From Octopus bimaculoides (Eukaryota), in assembly GCF_001194135.2 (NCBI RefSeq), contig NC_069002.1, forward strand, positions 22,532,776-22,582,398: a stretch of DNA of 49,623 nucleotides. The letters are read 5' to 3'. The position numbers and the translations under genes were made by a program. Below, in pieces: positions 49,621 to 49,623 of this stretch; positions within the stretch are counted from its first letter, which is position 1; every line of letters starts with the position of its first letter. A model generated the notes under the pieces. The model saw nothing but the letters and a program-made list of their open reading frames with translations. It ran no database searches and was not told the origin of the DNA.

Positions 49621-49623
49621 ATT

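Overview
AT-rich, repeat-dense eukaryotic scaffold with N gaps. The SINE/RTE families and microsatellite load look like an octopus (coleoid cephalopod) genome, inferred from repeat recognition. Only one host gene is recognisable: the first coding exon of a SCAMP (secretory carrier membrane protein) gene on the minus strand (MSGFDSNPFADPEAANPFA|gtgagt, 42853-42909), with a CpG-rich promoter to its right. I found no SCAMP exon 2, so positions 1-42.7 kb appear to be one very large first intron. That region holds RTE LINEs with a PHD-like finger inside the RT ORF, mariner, piggyBac, Tigger-like, Helitron and Academ-like DNA elements, several tRNA-derived SINE families, a decayed minimal hammerhead ribozyme and a second CpG-rich promoter-like patch at 13.1-14.6 kb. 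Upstream of the gene are a Penelope-like element split by three nested insertions and a solo LTR. No prokaryotic features, CRISPR arrays, rRNA or true tRNA genes were seen. Most short ORFs in the track are microsatellite or N-gap artefacts.
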